This document shows positions 11,879 through 24,129 of a stretch of DNA of 64,000 nucleotides, piece after piece. Position 1 is the stretch's first letter. Each line of letters starts with the position of its first letter. The notes under the pieces are model-generated. The model was not told the origin of the DNA. It made no database searches and saw nothing but the letters and a program-made list of their open reading frames with translations. Source of the DNA: Callorhinchus milii (taxonomy: Eukaryota); assembly GCF_018977255.1 (NCBI RefSeq), contig NW_024704742.1:86120001-86184000 (forward strand), written 5' to 3'. The translations under genes and the position numbers were made by a program.

Positions 11879-13074
11879 AGCAATTCAGATTTAAAAAACA
11901 TTAATGTGCACCTTGTGCATGTGCTACAAAAGGTAATGCTGTTTTTCTGGCCTCTTTTACAAAATACCAGTTCTGCTCCCCCTTTTGATTTTCCAGTGAC
12001 TTTCTGGAAATACTCTAACTTCAAAGCAGCAAAGTCACTAAAATCCATGAGAGCTAAAAGCCTTGGAAGACCTTTTGGCCGTTTCAGGAATGCTTTATAA
12101 TAAGCTTTTATTCAGTTGAATATGTTTGCTCACGCAGGTAAGAATTTATATTGGAAACAATAAATATATTTTGAGATGCTTATAGTCATTAAAACCAAGG
12201 ACAATACTCAAAATGGAAGTTCAGCAGACAATGATGAGATTCTTTAATAGTCCATTCATAAGCTACAGTCACACGTTATTCATCGCACAGTAATGCAGGC
12301 AGCATTCAAAGGAACAGACAGCTGCTACATTGAATAGTTTTCCTTGAAACATGTATAATCAAATTCTTGTTCGCTAAGACTATTAATCTGGTGAAGTGAT
12401 GTAAATAAAGTAATTTCCCTCCATGTGAAGAGCAGCAATATTCTATTCTTCTCAACCAAAACCATTTGTATTCTTCACCCTGAATAAGGTCTATCACTGT
12501 TAAGGAACAATGGGGTTAATTTGTGGTATTAAATTACACATTGTACATTCAATATTTAACAAACGAAACGTCCCAGAAGCAGACTACCCCAAAGCCATTC
12601 TCAATGGTGTAATCCAGGAAGCCAATTCTGCAGCATTGGACTCCTAGCTCTCAGACTGCACCTTCCAACTGCCAGTTAGATGGAGACCAGCTTTTTCACT
12701 CACTGATCAAAAACAGGCTGGTATTTTGTCAATCGGGGGTCAGTGAGCTGGGAATCCAATGCTGATGTTACAGCTTCAAAACCATTGTCACTAAGAATAA
12801 CAAGAATAGTAAAAATGTCTGTGTACATTCCATATGAAAAATTCCACATGTACTACTAAATCAACCCAATATAGGAAGTAACTTATCAGCAAACATTCTC
12901 TGCATATCATGAGGGATGAACCTTCAACTTTTCATCAGCCTAAAGAAAAACAAGCTCCACGTCTTTTGAAGTTTGAAAACAAAGCCATTTTACTAAGAAA
13001 CTAACAGAGACATCTGCACATTACTGATATACCCACTGCGAATGCTTGAGATTGGTGTACATTTGCTGCTAGAG

Positions 13075-13335
13075 TAGGGTGACCATACGTCCCTGATTCC
13101 CGGGGACAGTCTCCAGGTGAGGTATTGTGTCCCTGGGACCAAATATGCCCTATCTCGAGTTCAGCAACAAACTGAACAAGACAATAAAATTCTAAAACAG
13201 ATACATTCATCAGAAAAATACAGCGACAGTATTAATCCAACAAGCTTCCCCAGTAACCGCCAGCATCAGCAATTGTGGTGAGTTCAGTTTTTTTTATATG
13301 TTCCTGAATTTGGTTCATAAAATATGGTCATCGTA
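13075..13335. mobile_element. hAT (Blackjack-like) non-autonomous DNA transposon
   Basis: Terminal inverted repeats TAGGGTGACCATA ... TATGGTCATCGTA (2 mismatches) with subterminal GTCCC/GGGAC motifs; no clear 8-bp TSD. Confidence 0.65.
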
Positions 13336-13341
13336 TCCAAA

Positions 13342-13572
13342 GGCCTAAAATTCCCTGTCTCAGCCTTTAAGACCATGTTGTCTTAAAATTTCAGACTGCG
13401 CAGTTTGATTGAAAGATTCTTAAATTCAGTCTTAATTTAGAAGCCAGGTTTTTCCAGCTCTCAAAAAAGATCCACTGCTGGTTAGTGGATCTAAAGAGTC
13501 CACTTCTACTTCGAGGAGCAGTTTTCCAGAGGGTTGGCTGAGATTTGCTGGATATGAATCGGTTTCTGGCCC
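13342..13572. mobile_element. MITE-like element, family F
   Basis: Starts 'ggcctaaaattcc..gtctcagcct..aaaattt.agactg', as do 33002, 33285 and 59427; ends 'ggtttctggcc'. Confidence 0.55.
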
Positions 13573-13602
13573 CCCCACAATTTACATGCTGCTTTGCAAT
13601 TT

Positions 13603-13687
13603 AGGGGTGAAAAATGGGAAATGTAATGTCATATTCATCACATAGACCAAAATTACAGTTAAACAACTCAATAATCTTTTCACCCCT
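13603..13687. mobile_element. 85-bp MITE-like inverted-repeat element
   Basis: Perfect 11-bp inverted ends AGGGGTGAAAA / TTTTCACCCCT; same terminus also at about 1061 and 14861. Confidence 0.5.
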
Positions 13688-14214
13688 GACTTTAGCCCAC
13701 TAGTTGAGCTTGAAGCCGATCTAATGATTGTATCTGCTGCCATTGTTGCTTCTGACTGTAGAGGGCGGCGTTCAAGGGCTACGTCACGTGAAATGGCTGG
13801 CAAAAGCTCCTCTGACAGGAACATCAAGTTCTCCAGGGAATCCCCTCTAATTATGCCACCGAGAGTCAAGTGATCTTGTCTCTAATGAGATCTCTGGTTC
13901 CAGTTAAAATTTCACAAACCCCAGGAAATTCCATGGTGTTTTACTTGAGTTCTATCCCGGTCCTTTACTGACTGATTTTACCAGTTCACTGTTTGCCCAG
14001 ATATATTGAATATATATCTCCAGGCAGAAAGGCAGGCAAAGTGTTTCATGCTCTGATGAAGACTAAAGGGTCAGGTCAGAACTGTCAACATCGCAGGAAT
14101 GGCCTATTCAATGAGTGATACAGCTCTTAACCCAATTTAAACATGCAGACCGCATTTGTTTTCAGACTGATATGCTTCAAAGTAGGCCACATAGGTCACC
14201 GAAAACCAATTTAA

Positions 14215-14407
14215 AAAACAACAATAACAAAATTACATTTGTTTAGTGCCTTTCACATCGGGAGGACGTCCCAAGCCGCTGGACAGACAGAGTTATGGAC
14301 CCGAGCTGGGGGTCGGGGTGGGGGAGGGTGGAGGGCATTGGGGGGGAAGCAGGAGATCGAAAGCATGGTGAAAGAGGAGGGTCTTGAGGTGGGTCTTGAA
14401 GGTGGCA
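14215..14407 (-). mobile_element. L2 3' end fragment
   Basis: Reverse tail 'acaacaataacaaaattacatt..tttcacatcgggaggacgtcccaag'. Confidence 0.85.
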
Positions 14408-15224
14408 ATAATACTTACATTTGATACATTATAAGTCACAATTTATACTACAAAGCTACAAACTCTTCATAAAACAGGCTCAAGTTTTTTTTCTTTCTGT
14501 TCTAGCTGGGGAAGCCTCTTCGAATACCTTTCACTCAAGAGAGCATCTCAAAGGGCTTCATAGGCTCTACTGTTAAGTGTAGTAATTATATTTTGTGGGC
14601 AATTTTAGATCTATTATAAAATTTCAAATTTTATAGAATTTTTGAATATTCTTAAATTGAGTCTTCATTTCAAATCCAGCTTTCCATAGTTTTGTTGGGA
14701 ATTGAATTCTCCAAATTTCTGCAAATAGTAAATTTGAGACAATGGTCTTAACATTAATGGTTTTAAGATTGAGATCTTACAGGCCTCAAGTTCAGGTTTT
14801 CGATCACTGTCTTAATGGAGCGTTACCTTCTATTGAAGAAGGTACAACTTCCAAACATATAGGGGTGAAAATTGCGATTGATGTGTTGATAAACATATGT
14901 TTTTCTAAAAAAAAATTGGCAAACTGTTGATCGCATCCATTTGTGAAACTATTATTTCTATTAAAGCTAAGACCATGAGAATTTTTGGACCTCAGTAGAT
15001 GCTCACCCTATAAGTGGTCAGAAAAATAACTGTTTGGAGCTACAATAATAGTCCTCACATTTTCTATAGTTCTAATATCTCACGGGTGTTTTAGAATACA
15101 TTAAAATACATTAGAATATACAGTTCAGAAACAGGCCATTCAGCCCAACTGGTCTATGCCAGTGTTTATGCTCCAATGAGCCTCCTCATGCCTTTTCTCA
15201 ACTAAGTCTTCAAGCATAACCTTT

Positions 15225-15910
15225 TATTGGTAATTGCTGTCAAATGCAGTGACTATTTTATCAGTCAATGACAATTTTGTGCACAGCAAAGACCCACAAA
15301 CAGCCATATGGAGTCCTGTAGCTCAGTAGTTAGAGGACTCGCTTGCAAGCAAGAGACCTGGGTTTGATTCCTGGCAGTGCGAAATGTTGGACAAGTTTCC
15401 TTACTCCACGCTTCTCTGTTTACATAGCAGTAAGTAGGAATTCGGTTGTTAGTCAATTGGTGGATCGCTTTTCCGGGGATAATAATTTCTTCAAAAAAAA
15501 TAATAAATTGGTCATTTCAATCCACAACTGCTTGTGGGACACTGCTATGCACAATTGGTTGCCGCATTTCCCCCACAAAATATACAGACAATTCACTTTA
15601 CTGTATATTCCGTGAAGCGCTTTGAGACGGCTCAAGGATGTGATAAGGCGCTATATCAAATGCAAGGATAATTATTCTTATGTGAAATAACTAATTTACC
15701 TGTTGGCCCGGATACCGGGAGAAACTCCCTTTTCTTTTTGAATAGTACCGACATGAGACTTTTATCAGGCAGACAGAACCTCAGTTTAGCATCTCTCCTG
15801 AAGGCACCCACAGCAGTGAGGCATCCCCCAGCACTGCACTGAAGGATCGTTCTGGACTGTGAACTCACAATTCCGATTCGCAACCTTCTGACACAGAGAC
15901 GACTACCCGA
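15225..15910 (-). mobile_element. Old Deu-domain SINE split by a younger SINE insertion
   Basis: Left part ends 'gcacagcaaagacccacaaacagcca' at about 15306; resumes at about 15680 'gttggcccggataccgggagaaactccc..gcactgcactgaag..aaccttctgac'. Confidence 0.7.
15309..15676 (+). mobile_element. Full-length tRNA-derived SINE, long subfamily
   Basis: Head 'tggagtcctgtagctcag', internal 'gtttacatagcagtaagtagg' segment, Deu segment, tail. Confidence 0.88.
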
Positions 15911-16629
15911 TCAGTGCTGTCTTGTAGTAGAATAGCATCAAGTAATTGCAGCAGTAGTTATTGGCTGAAATACAATTGTCTGTGTCTCAGCAAACTGAGT
16001 AGTAAATGGCACAGAGCAAGACGACATTTCCACACTACTGTGCTCACAATGGGAGACCTACTGATATCAGGCAAGTTGAAGGAGTTGTGTGACGTTTTTA
16101 TTAGGAGTTTATTAGAAAAGAAATGAAGCGGTCAGATGCTGAGCTATGCTTGTGAAGCCCATTTGCAAAGAAAGGTTGACTTTTTATGGCAATCATAAAT
16201 CCCAACCATGTGCAATTAATATGGTTCACTGTTTTATATTACACTTAAGCTCCCTGTTCGAAGGCTCATTAAATCAGCATCCACAGCCCTTTGTATTATC
16301 TTCTGCGGAGTGAAGGATCAGAGTGCCGCTGTGTAACAAATTGATGTAGATGAGAATGAGAGCACAGTTACAACTAATGCTATGAGTCGAAAAAGATATG
16401 TTTGTACTGGGAATATAACAGAGAGGTGTTATCTCAGCCCTGCATCAAGAGCCAACTTCCGCTCACGCTGAAGAATTTACACATGTAGATAGTGGCCACA
16501 GAGACAACACATCCTGGCAAATGTAAATCTTATATCGAGTGTTGCAACAGCTAATTCTTGAGTAGTTTCCAAGGCATGCTCTATCCATGGCAACAGTTGT
16601 CCATGCAGTCTCTACAACTGCTACTATTT

Positions 16630-16720
16630 CATAGAATCATAGAACTATACAGCACAGAAGGAGGCCAATCGGCCCATCTTGTCTGTACCAGCTCTTTGAA
16701 AACAGCTATCCAAATCAATA
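16630..16720 (-). mobile_element. CR1 3' tip
   Basis: 'catagaatcatagaactatacagcacagaaggaggcc'. Confidence 0.8.
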
Positions 16721-16769
16721 AAGATTAGACAGTATTAAAAACTGCAGTGTGCCTTGGATATTCCCGGTC

Positions 16770-17385
16770 TCATAGCTGCCTTATTGTGCATTGAGGTAGG
16801 GAGGCGAAAGGATTTGTAGATGAATGTAAGGATCTTGAAATCAATTTATTCTGTGATAAGGAGCCAGTGGAATCTGGTAAGGATTAGAGTTGGGGGTACA
16901 GAGTTTAGCTGGGGTGCATATATGGGTGGCAGAGTTTTGAATTAATTGGATTTTGTCGATAGTGGAGCTGGGGAGACCAGCGAGGTGGGCATTGCAATAG
17001 TTGAGGTGTTAGGTGATGAAAGCGTGGATGAGGGTTTCGGCTGCGTTGGAAGTGAGGTATGGTTGGAGGCAGGCAATGTCACAGAAAGTGGTCCTGGTTA
17101 GTGACAGGATGTGTGTAGGAAGAACAGATGGGGTTCGAATCTGATGTCCAGATTACGTACAGGTTTGGTTAGTCTTAGGAATAGGCCGAGGATGTTGAGG
17201 AGAACAGAGCCGCATGAGAGAAGACATTAAAGGGAACCAAGGAATATGACTTCCATCTTGTCGATGTTCAGCTGCAGGAAGTTTGTACTCATCCAGGCCT
17301 TGATGTTTGACAAACAAACTGACAGAATATCAGTGGATCTGGAGTCGCTGCCGGAGGAGAAGTGGATTTGGGTGTCATCTGCAGT
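16770..17385 (-). mobile_element. Old L2 RT fragment
   Basis: Reverse reads ADDTQI..IKAWMSTNFLQLNIDK..IQNSA..HW; divergent. Confidence 0.75.
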
Positions 17386-17594
17386 ACTTTAATAGTAATT
17401 AGATGGTTTGGGAATACAGCCCCTCATTTTGTGCTGTAGTTCACTCTACCACTCACACTGTACATAATGGCTGATGTGGTTTTATTACTGACAGTGGCCA
17501 GTATTTCCAATGAAATACAATGAGTTTCCAGCTTAGGAACCACCCTTTGCTCAGTCTCCGACAGCATCTCTTTGAAATGCTTCAAGATGTAATT

Positions 17595-17925
17595 GATAAC
17601 ACCTCCTTACCTCTCCGACCTGCTTGTACCCTACTTCAATACCCGATACTTTCACTCAGCTGACTCTGGCCTCCTCTTGTCCCAAGTCTTCTCTGCTTCA
17701 CCATCGGTGGCCATTATTTTAGCCACCATTCCCGAAAACTAAGGAATTCTCTCCCTCAATTTCTTTACTTTGCATCCTTCTTGCCTGTCTTCAGATCACA
17801 TCTTAAGACCTTCCTCTTCGTCCGTACCCTCTCTCCTCAGCTCAGTATTAAGCTCCGCCTCTGTTAAGCATTCCAAGACGCTACCCTGCTTGAAAGTTAC
17901 TATATAAATGGAAGCTGTTTTTGTT
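17595..17925 (+). mobile_element. L2 3' end, second lineage (tail B)
   Basis: 'ccttacctctccgacctgct..ccaccatcggtggcc'-like sequence; tail 'agacgctaccctgcttgaaag..tatataaatg'. Confidence 0.75.
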
Positions 17926-18354
17926 ATGCTACTTGACAGGCACTATATAAATGGATGCTGCTGTTGTTATTGTCCTGATCTTGTAAGCTGAATAAGTCTG
18001 ACAATACAGCCAGCAGTTGGAATCTTGGTACAACCAAGATTTAATGTGTATCACCAGTGCGTTGGAGAGAGAGAGTTCACCTGAGCAGTAAATATGTAAT
18101 ATTTAATACCAATGCAGCCTTCCACAGACAACCAGGATCCCTCATCGCATTTACAAAAGTCTGAGAGATGACAGAGCTGATGGTACAAGGTGCTCCCTTG
18201 TGGGGAAGGATGCTCACTTTCTCACTGATGATACTTTTTAAATGAAGATGTGTAAAACTGAATGTTGCCAGTGACGCTGCTCCTTCATTTGATTATTCGG
18301 ATTTGATTCGTTCTTTGTGAATTTTTATGTGCTTAATGAGCTATTCTCTGCCAG

Positions 18355-18432
18355 TTAGGCTCCACCACTGTTAAGAGCTCTGAGACGCTACCCTGTGTGG
18401 AGGGCGCCATATAAGTGCAAGTTGTTGTTGTT
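18355..18432 (+). mobile_element. L2 tail-B 3' tip
   Basis: 'ccactgttaagagctctgagacgctaccctgtgtggagggcgccatataagtgcaagttgttgttg'. Confidence 0.75.
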
Positions 18433-18524
18433 TTATCTCCTCTTGATCATACCCTTGGGTAATAAAATGAGCACACAGACAGGGCTGTGATAAAAGTGAA
18501 CATTTCTTTGAACTTTCTTCTCCT

Positions 18525-19326
18525 AGTGAGGTGAGGGCGAGGATTTTGAACTCCATCCTCTGGGAAATGGGGAGCCAGTGGAGCCGGGCGAAGATGGGGG
18601 TGATGGGGTCATGGAGCCTGGTGCAGGAGAAGACATGAGCTACAGAGTTCTGATTTACCTGCAGCTTGTGGAGGGAAGAGTTGGGAAGACCGACAAACAG
18701 GGAGTTAACTTAGTACAATAACAACAACAACAAAATTACATTTGTAAAGCGCCTTTCGCATCAGGAGGATGCCCCAAGGCACTGAACAGTCAGGGATCAG
18801 GGCCAGAGCGTGGAAGGGCAGGGTTGGGATGAGGGAGGGCAGAAGGGGTAGGAGGGCGGCTGAAGGCACAGTCAAAAAGGAGGGTCTTGAGTCATGCCTT
18901 GCAGGAGGAAAGAGACGGAGCAAGCCAAAGGGATTGTGGGATGCAGTTCCAGAGGGTGGGGGCAGAGAGGCTGAAAGCCTGGCTGCCAATGGTATGGCGG
19001 GTAGGGCAGGAGACCTGGAGTAGGCTGGAGCCAGCTGAACAGAGGGAGCGGACAGGTTGATAGGGGGTCAGCAGGTCAGAGAGATAGGAGGGGGAAAGGC
19101 CATGGAGAGCCTTGAAAGTGAAGATGAGGATTTTGAATTCTATCCTCTGGGGGATGGGGAGCCAGTGGAGCCGGGCGAGGGTGGGAGTGATGGGGTCACA
19201 GAGCCTGGTGCGGGAGAAGACATGAGCTGCAGAGTTCTGGATGATCTGCAGCTTGTGGAGGGAAGAGTTGGGGAGGCCGACAAGGTGGGAGTATCCGTAG
19301 TTGAGCCTTGAGGTGACGAATGCATG
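18525..19326 (-). mobile_element. Two adjacent L2 fragments (18525-18706 internal piece; 18716-19326 with 3' tail)
   Basis: Both cover the QIIQNSAA..HWLP region; the second ends in (CAA)n at 18716. Confidence 0.88.
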
Positions 19327-19404
19327 GTCATCCAGTAGTATTCAGCCACTGGGGTGCAGGGAGCACCTAATCCATGCACCATCCAGCTCTTTTTTGCTTC
19401 CCTG

Positions 19405-19510
19405 AATATCAGTCAGGAGCAGGACCCTGGTTGAATTTCCCCCTCTATATTTGAGTGGCATTATATCCAATCCTCTATCTGAGATTAGCTAATTTAGCAC
19501 CGATCCAGTT
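19405..19510 (-). mobile_element. Family E ancient SINE-like fragment
   Basis: 'caggagcaggaccctggttgaatttccccctc..ctgagattagctaatttagcac'. Confidence 0.55.
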
Positions 19511-20167
19511 ATGTCACTCTCCACTCTGTATGGTTTAGTGTTGCAGGCGGTGTATTCCACGCCAGGCAATGAGTGAGCTTTCTTGAGAAACCCTTTATGT
19601 GAACCATAAGTGGACTGATCTACCGGTGTGAGCTTTTTTCATAAGCAGCCTGTAGGAAAAACTCAAAAAAATTATTTACTTTCATATGTTTTCCATATGC
19701 AATATGACCCACTTGATATGAAAATTAGTTTCAATGCTGAGAGCCCGGGATTGCAGGCTGACATGGATGTTATTGGTGGTGATGTTGTTGTTGGGGGTTG
19801 GGTGGTGGAGAGGGAACAGCGAATGAAGCAGGATTACTCTGCAGGGTGTAAAAATCCACTGTCTCCATGAATGATTGTATGATAAACCTAGTGAAGGAGA
19901 AAAGCCGGATTACTATGCTTTTTTTCATTATGATGACAAATGAGCAAGTGATGTGCAGGGCGACCTCATTATAAAGTGAGTCACTCATGGCTCATGTTTG
20001 CTTATAACACAGGTGTCCTGTGGACCTGTAGTTGTGAGTATGGATCCACTTTGGACTTCCAGCGTGGACTGGGTGGTTTTTTGCGCACACATGCTGCACC
20101 CAAGAAGTTGGACAGTCAGCCGCGATCACTCTTACATGAATAAATAAGCCTTTTATTTGATATAGCT

Positions 20168-20520
20168 ATAATAATGATTATAATCCTTGCATTTGATACA
20201 GCGCCTTATCTCGTCATTGAGACGTCTCAAAGTGCTTCTCAGGATATACTGTAAAGTGGATTGACTGCTTATTTTTTGGGCGAAACGCACCAGCCAATTG
20301 TGAACAGCAATGTCCCCCAAACATCCCTGGAGTTAGTGCCCAATTTTATTTTGGAGATTTATTGGCCAGGACACTAAAAGAGCGAAACTCCCTTCTCTTT
20401 TTGAATAGTGCCATGGTATCTATTTCACTTGAACAGGCAGACGGGACCTCAGTTTAACGTTTTATCTGAAGGACAGCACCTCCGATAATGCACCACACTG
20501 CATCTTAGACTATGTGAGTT
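20168..20520 (-). mobile_element. Deu-domain SINE (SacSINE1-like)
   Basis: Reverse tail plus extended Deu domain 'ttgaatagtgccatgg..aacaggcagacgggacctcagtttaacgt..tctgaaggacagcacctcc'. Confidence 0.85.
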
Positions 20521-20939
20521 CAAGTTCCGATGTGGGATAGCTCCTTTGTATTGGGAAAACATCTTAAAGCACTTTACATGATTTACTGTAAAGTGTGGTG
20601 ACTGTTTTGTAGGCAAACATTTAAAAGCATTTCTAGCAGGGAGCCAACCAACCTGCTCTAAGAGGGACATCGATGGTGACCTCACGACCTTTGTTCTTCA
20701 GTGACCCGTTATAACTCTAGAGTCCATTTTCTGGACCCAAAACGCTCCTTATAACAGGGTTGCCCTGTATTTCAATGTCATTGTGTTCGGCATTTCTTAA
20801 CCAATGAGGGGAGCGTGAACCCTATTTGTTTTTAAATCCATGGTGCAGACATATATACACACACACATATATGTTTACCACATACAGACACATATCCATT
20901 TATTTATACACATGTATATGCACACCTCCAAAACAATAA

Positions 20940-21115
20940 AAATGGTCACTCATTTCATGGTTGTTTGTGGGACGTTGCTGTGGGCAAATTAGCTCCCACA
21001 TTCGCCTACAAAATACCACAGTCACTACACTTTACAGTATATCCTGCAATGCGCTTTGAGATGTCCTCCCGACATGACAGGCACTATATCAAATGTAAGA
21101 ATTATTATTCATTAT
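20940..21115 (+). mobile_element. Deu-SINE 3' fragment
   Basis: 'gttgtttgtgggacgttgctgtgggcaaatt..gcgctttgagatgtcctcccgacatg..attatt'. Confidence 0.8.
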
Positions 21116-21559
21116 AAAGATTGCACTGCGGTTCAATCTTTATAATGATTGCGGTTCCTAGACCTTCCCAGAATTGAATCACAAGTGCAAGCATGAGTGT
21201 TGCACAAACAATTATATTTGCATACTCTCTGTCACAAAATATCACACTAACGGTATTCTGCCATTTCTTCCCCTAAACACTAGTTTCTTAGAACAAATTG
21301 TAATCCAAACTAATCAAATTGAATCACCAATTAATTCCAGTATGAACACACCGTTTGGACTTCAACATAATGATTTTGAACCAAGCCTCTGCTCTCAACT
21401 ATTCTCCTTTCCTTGAAAAGACAAGTGAATAAGGGGCATTTTTGTACCAAATCATGGGGATACCAGCCTATCTTCTTGAATAATTTCCTGTTTCAACAAA
21501 AAATTGATGTCCAATTATTATTTTAATTTTCTCCCCACTGGCATATGCCTTTGTGCTCC

Positions 21560-21830
21560 AGGTTTGTCCTCCTCTTAGTGTGGATTCGATCCCATGGGTA
21601 CTGGTTACCCTATGATATCCTGCACAAATGGTCATCGTTCATGTGTGATCCTTGGCAGTGAATGTTGGCAAGCCATTCAACGGTAGAGGGCATCAGAGCA
21701 AAGTCTGACTTCTTCCCAGCTGACTGCCACACATACGCATTATCAATATAAGGCACAGAAGAGGGACCAACACCATTGAAATCCAGCTGATTGTAGCCTC
21801 CCTGTCTCTGGGAAGGCCAATTTAGCTTCC
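21560..21830 (-). mobile_element. Family E ancient SINE-like fragment
   Basis: 'ccagctgattgtagcctccct..aggccaatt' is the reverse of the motif at 6490-6540 and 38630-38680. Confidence 0.5.
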
Positions 21831-21859
21831 CCCAGTGACTGGTCTACTCTTCCAGGTCC

Positions 21860-22050
21860 TGTCGATGAGCCAGGTTGGCTTTGATGTCATCAGCAATGCC
21901 TGGACTCGCCTGGCTCAGGAACTGGATACCAAGATTGCCACAGAGCATGTCACTTTGGAGCCAGTTCAGCTCCAAGGGGACCCTGCTAATCTCACACCCA
22001 AGGAGGATAGTCAGGGGTGCTAAATAAATGCAAGTTGTTGCTGTTGTTAT
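21860..22050 (+). repeat. Family G repeat ending in an L2-type tail
   Basis: Homologous to 3153-3285 and 36631-36670; ends 'ggggtgctaaataaatgcaagttgttgctgtt'. Confidence 0.65.
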
Positions 22051-24129
22051 TGATGTTAAGATATCGCAAAGCGATTCATAGAATATATTGTAAAGTGAAT
22101 TGACTGCATTTTGTGGGCAAAATACGGCAGCCAATTGCACACAGCAATGTCCCACAAACAATCATGGAGTGAGTAACCAATTTTTTAAAAAATCACTGGT
22201 ACAGTGAACACTAAGATAGACCCTGTGATTTATTGTAGGGTTATATTCCACAAACCCTTTCTTCACGACAGACTGAAATAAATTATTGGAACCAAGAGGT
22301 ATATTTGGATATTTATTTCTGAACATCACATAGCCAGTCCAATACTTTCACAGAATGCCACTGATCCAGATATTTTTGAATAGAAACACAAATTAAAAGC
22401 ATTTCCTTTGAAGTCTAGCAAATGAAAACTCAATTAGAAAACATAGAAATATTCTGCAAAAATGAGGACCATTTAGCCCAACATATCTGTGCCACTTTTA
22501 CTGAATTGTCCCTTGTTTCCTCCTATCTTCTCCTCCTCTTTTTATGTAGTTTAATTGGTCCTGTTACATTGGCACATTGCTGCTTCGTATATTGGTCTTC
22601 TGTAGTCCAACAGCTCAGATTATATACAGGAATAATTTGTACACTGTACATTTGGCACTCAATCACCAAAGAGCACAATACATATTTGCTGTCCAATGGT
22701 GAATTATGCTGCAGCCCGGCTTTTGAGACCACAGTGGTTTTGGAAGAACATCTATTGATTTTGTGTTTTGAACTGTTGCCTCTTTTTTTTCGCCGTTTTT
22801 CGACATCTGCGCATTTCAAGGTTACTTGTATATCAAAAATGCAATGTTCACGTCCCAGAGCCTCAGTGTTGATCAACCTGCACAGTTCATCTGTTGTTGG
22901 GGAGAAGAAAGTTGGCAGTGGGACCAATTTGTGTTATTCGCAAAAGGTTTTGTAATGGGTGAATCCTGCAAGCCCTCAGACGTGTTTCAGGGCTGATCCT
23001 CTGATCTCTGCTCAGATGCTGATCTCCTGATTGACACTGGGAAGAGAGAGGAGGGGGGAGGGGGCTGAAAAATAGAACAGTTCCATCTAGGTCTAGATTT
23101 AGACTTTTTGTCTCAGCATTTTAGAGCGTGCAAATTTTGGGAAAGTTCATCATTGAATGTTTAAAATTATTAATTCTAGGGTCGAAAGAACTGGACAAAG
23201 TTGGCTTGAACGTTTAAGAATGAATTTTAAGAATTGTCCAAAACAGGCATGTTTACAAATGCTAAGAGAAAAGACTAAATGTAGACCCAGGTCGAATTTC
23301 CTCTCCCTTCCCCTCCTTCTCCCCCACCACCCCCGAGCCTCCTTTATCTGCCATCCAATACAATAGAATTCAAAACTGAGAGCAGTTCTGTGCAGAGTTC
23401 AAGAGACGAGTCCTGAGACATCTTCCCAAGCAGCTACTGGGTTCACGTTCCATAAAATATACAGTCAATCAATTCACTTTACAGTATATTCTGTGAAGCG
23501 CTTTGAGATATCTCAAAGACGTGGTGAGGCGCTATATCAAATGCAAAGGTTATTATTATTGTAAGTCCTTTTGTGAATACAATATTAATCTTTAAATTTG
23601 ATATAGCATTTTATAACATTGTGAACTGTCTCAAAGCGCTTCACAGAATATACTGTAAGTTTAAAATGTCCTCTTGACTTGAAAGCCGCTATATGAAATG
23701 TGAGAATTATATTATTAATAAAGAAAGAACCGCCTGTTTTAAAATTGCTGTGATGTAGATCTTATATTGTGCAGAATACTCACCCCACCAGGAATTAAGA
23801 GGAATTTGTTCAGAAGTCGAGATAGTTTCGGGTTTTTGCTTAGTGTAACACCGCCCCACCCACACAGCCCTGAGTAGCTCTATTTCATTGAAGCAAGCAC
23901 CTGCTGCTCCTCAGTGGGGCACAACAACAGAACTAAATGAACAAAGACAAAGATGTATCTGTAACAGAGAATAGGTATAACAAACATATTGAACTCAGCA
24001 TTGTGAGCACACACTCCAAAGGAATCTCACCCTGATTCTCAATAAAAACAACCTTACCTTGAACTCTCCCATCAAATCAAGAGAAAATATCAGCATTTCA
24101 AACAAAAATCATTGTGGGGTAGATTTGTC

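Noticed and set aside
14050..14090. Hammerhead ribozyme-like CTGATGA core
   Set aside because: No properly placed GAAA or closing stems; the same holds for 38518.
20690..20770. Tigger-like terminal sequence 'ttataacagggttgccctgta'
   Set aside because: Only one end visible; no partner inverted repeat found.
22422..22955. Overlapping 177-aa (+) and 134-aa (-) ORFs in unique DNA
   Set aside because: No recognisable domain or convincing splice context; cannot be supported without a homology search.
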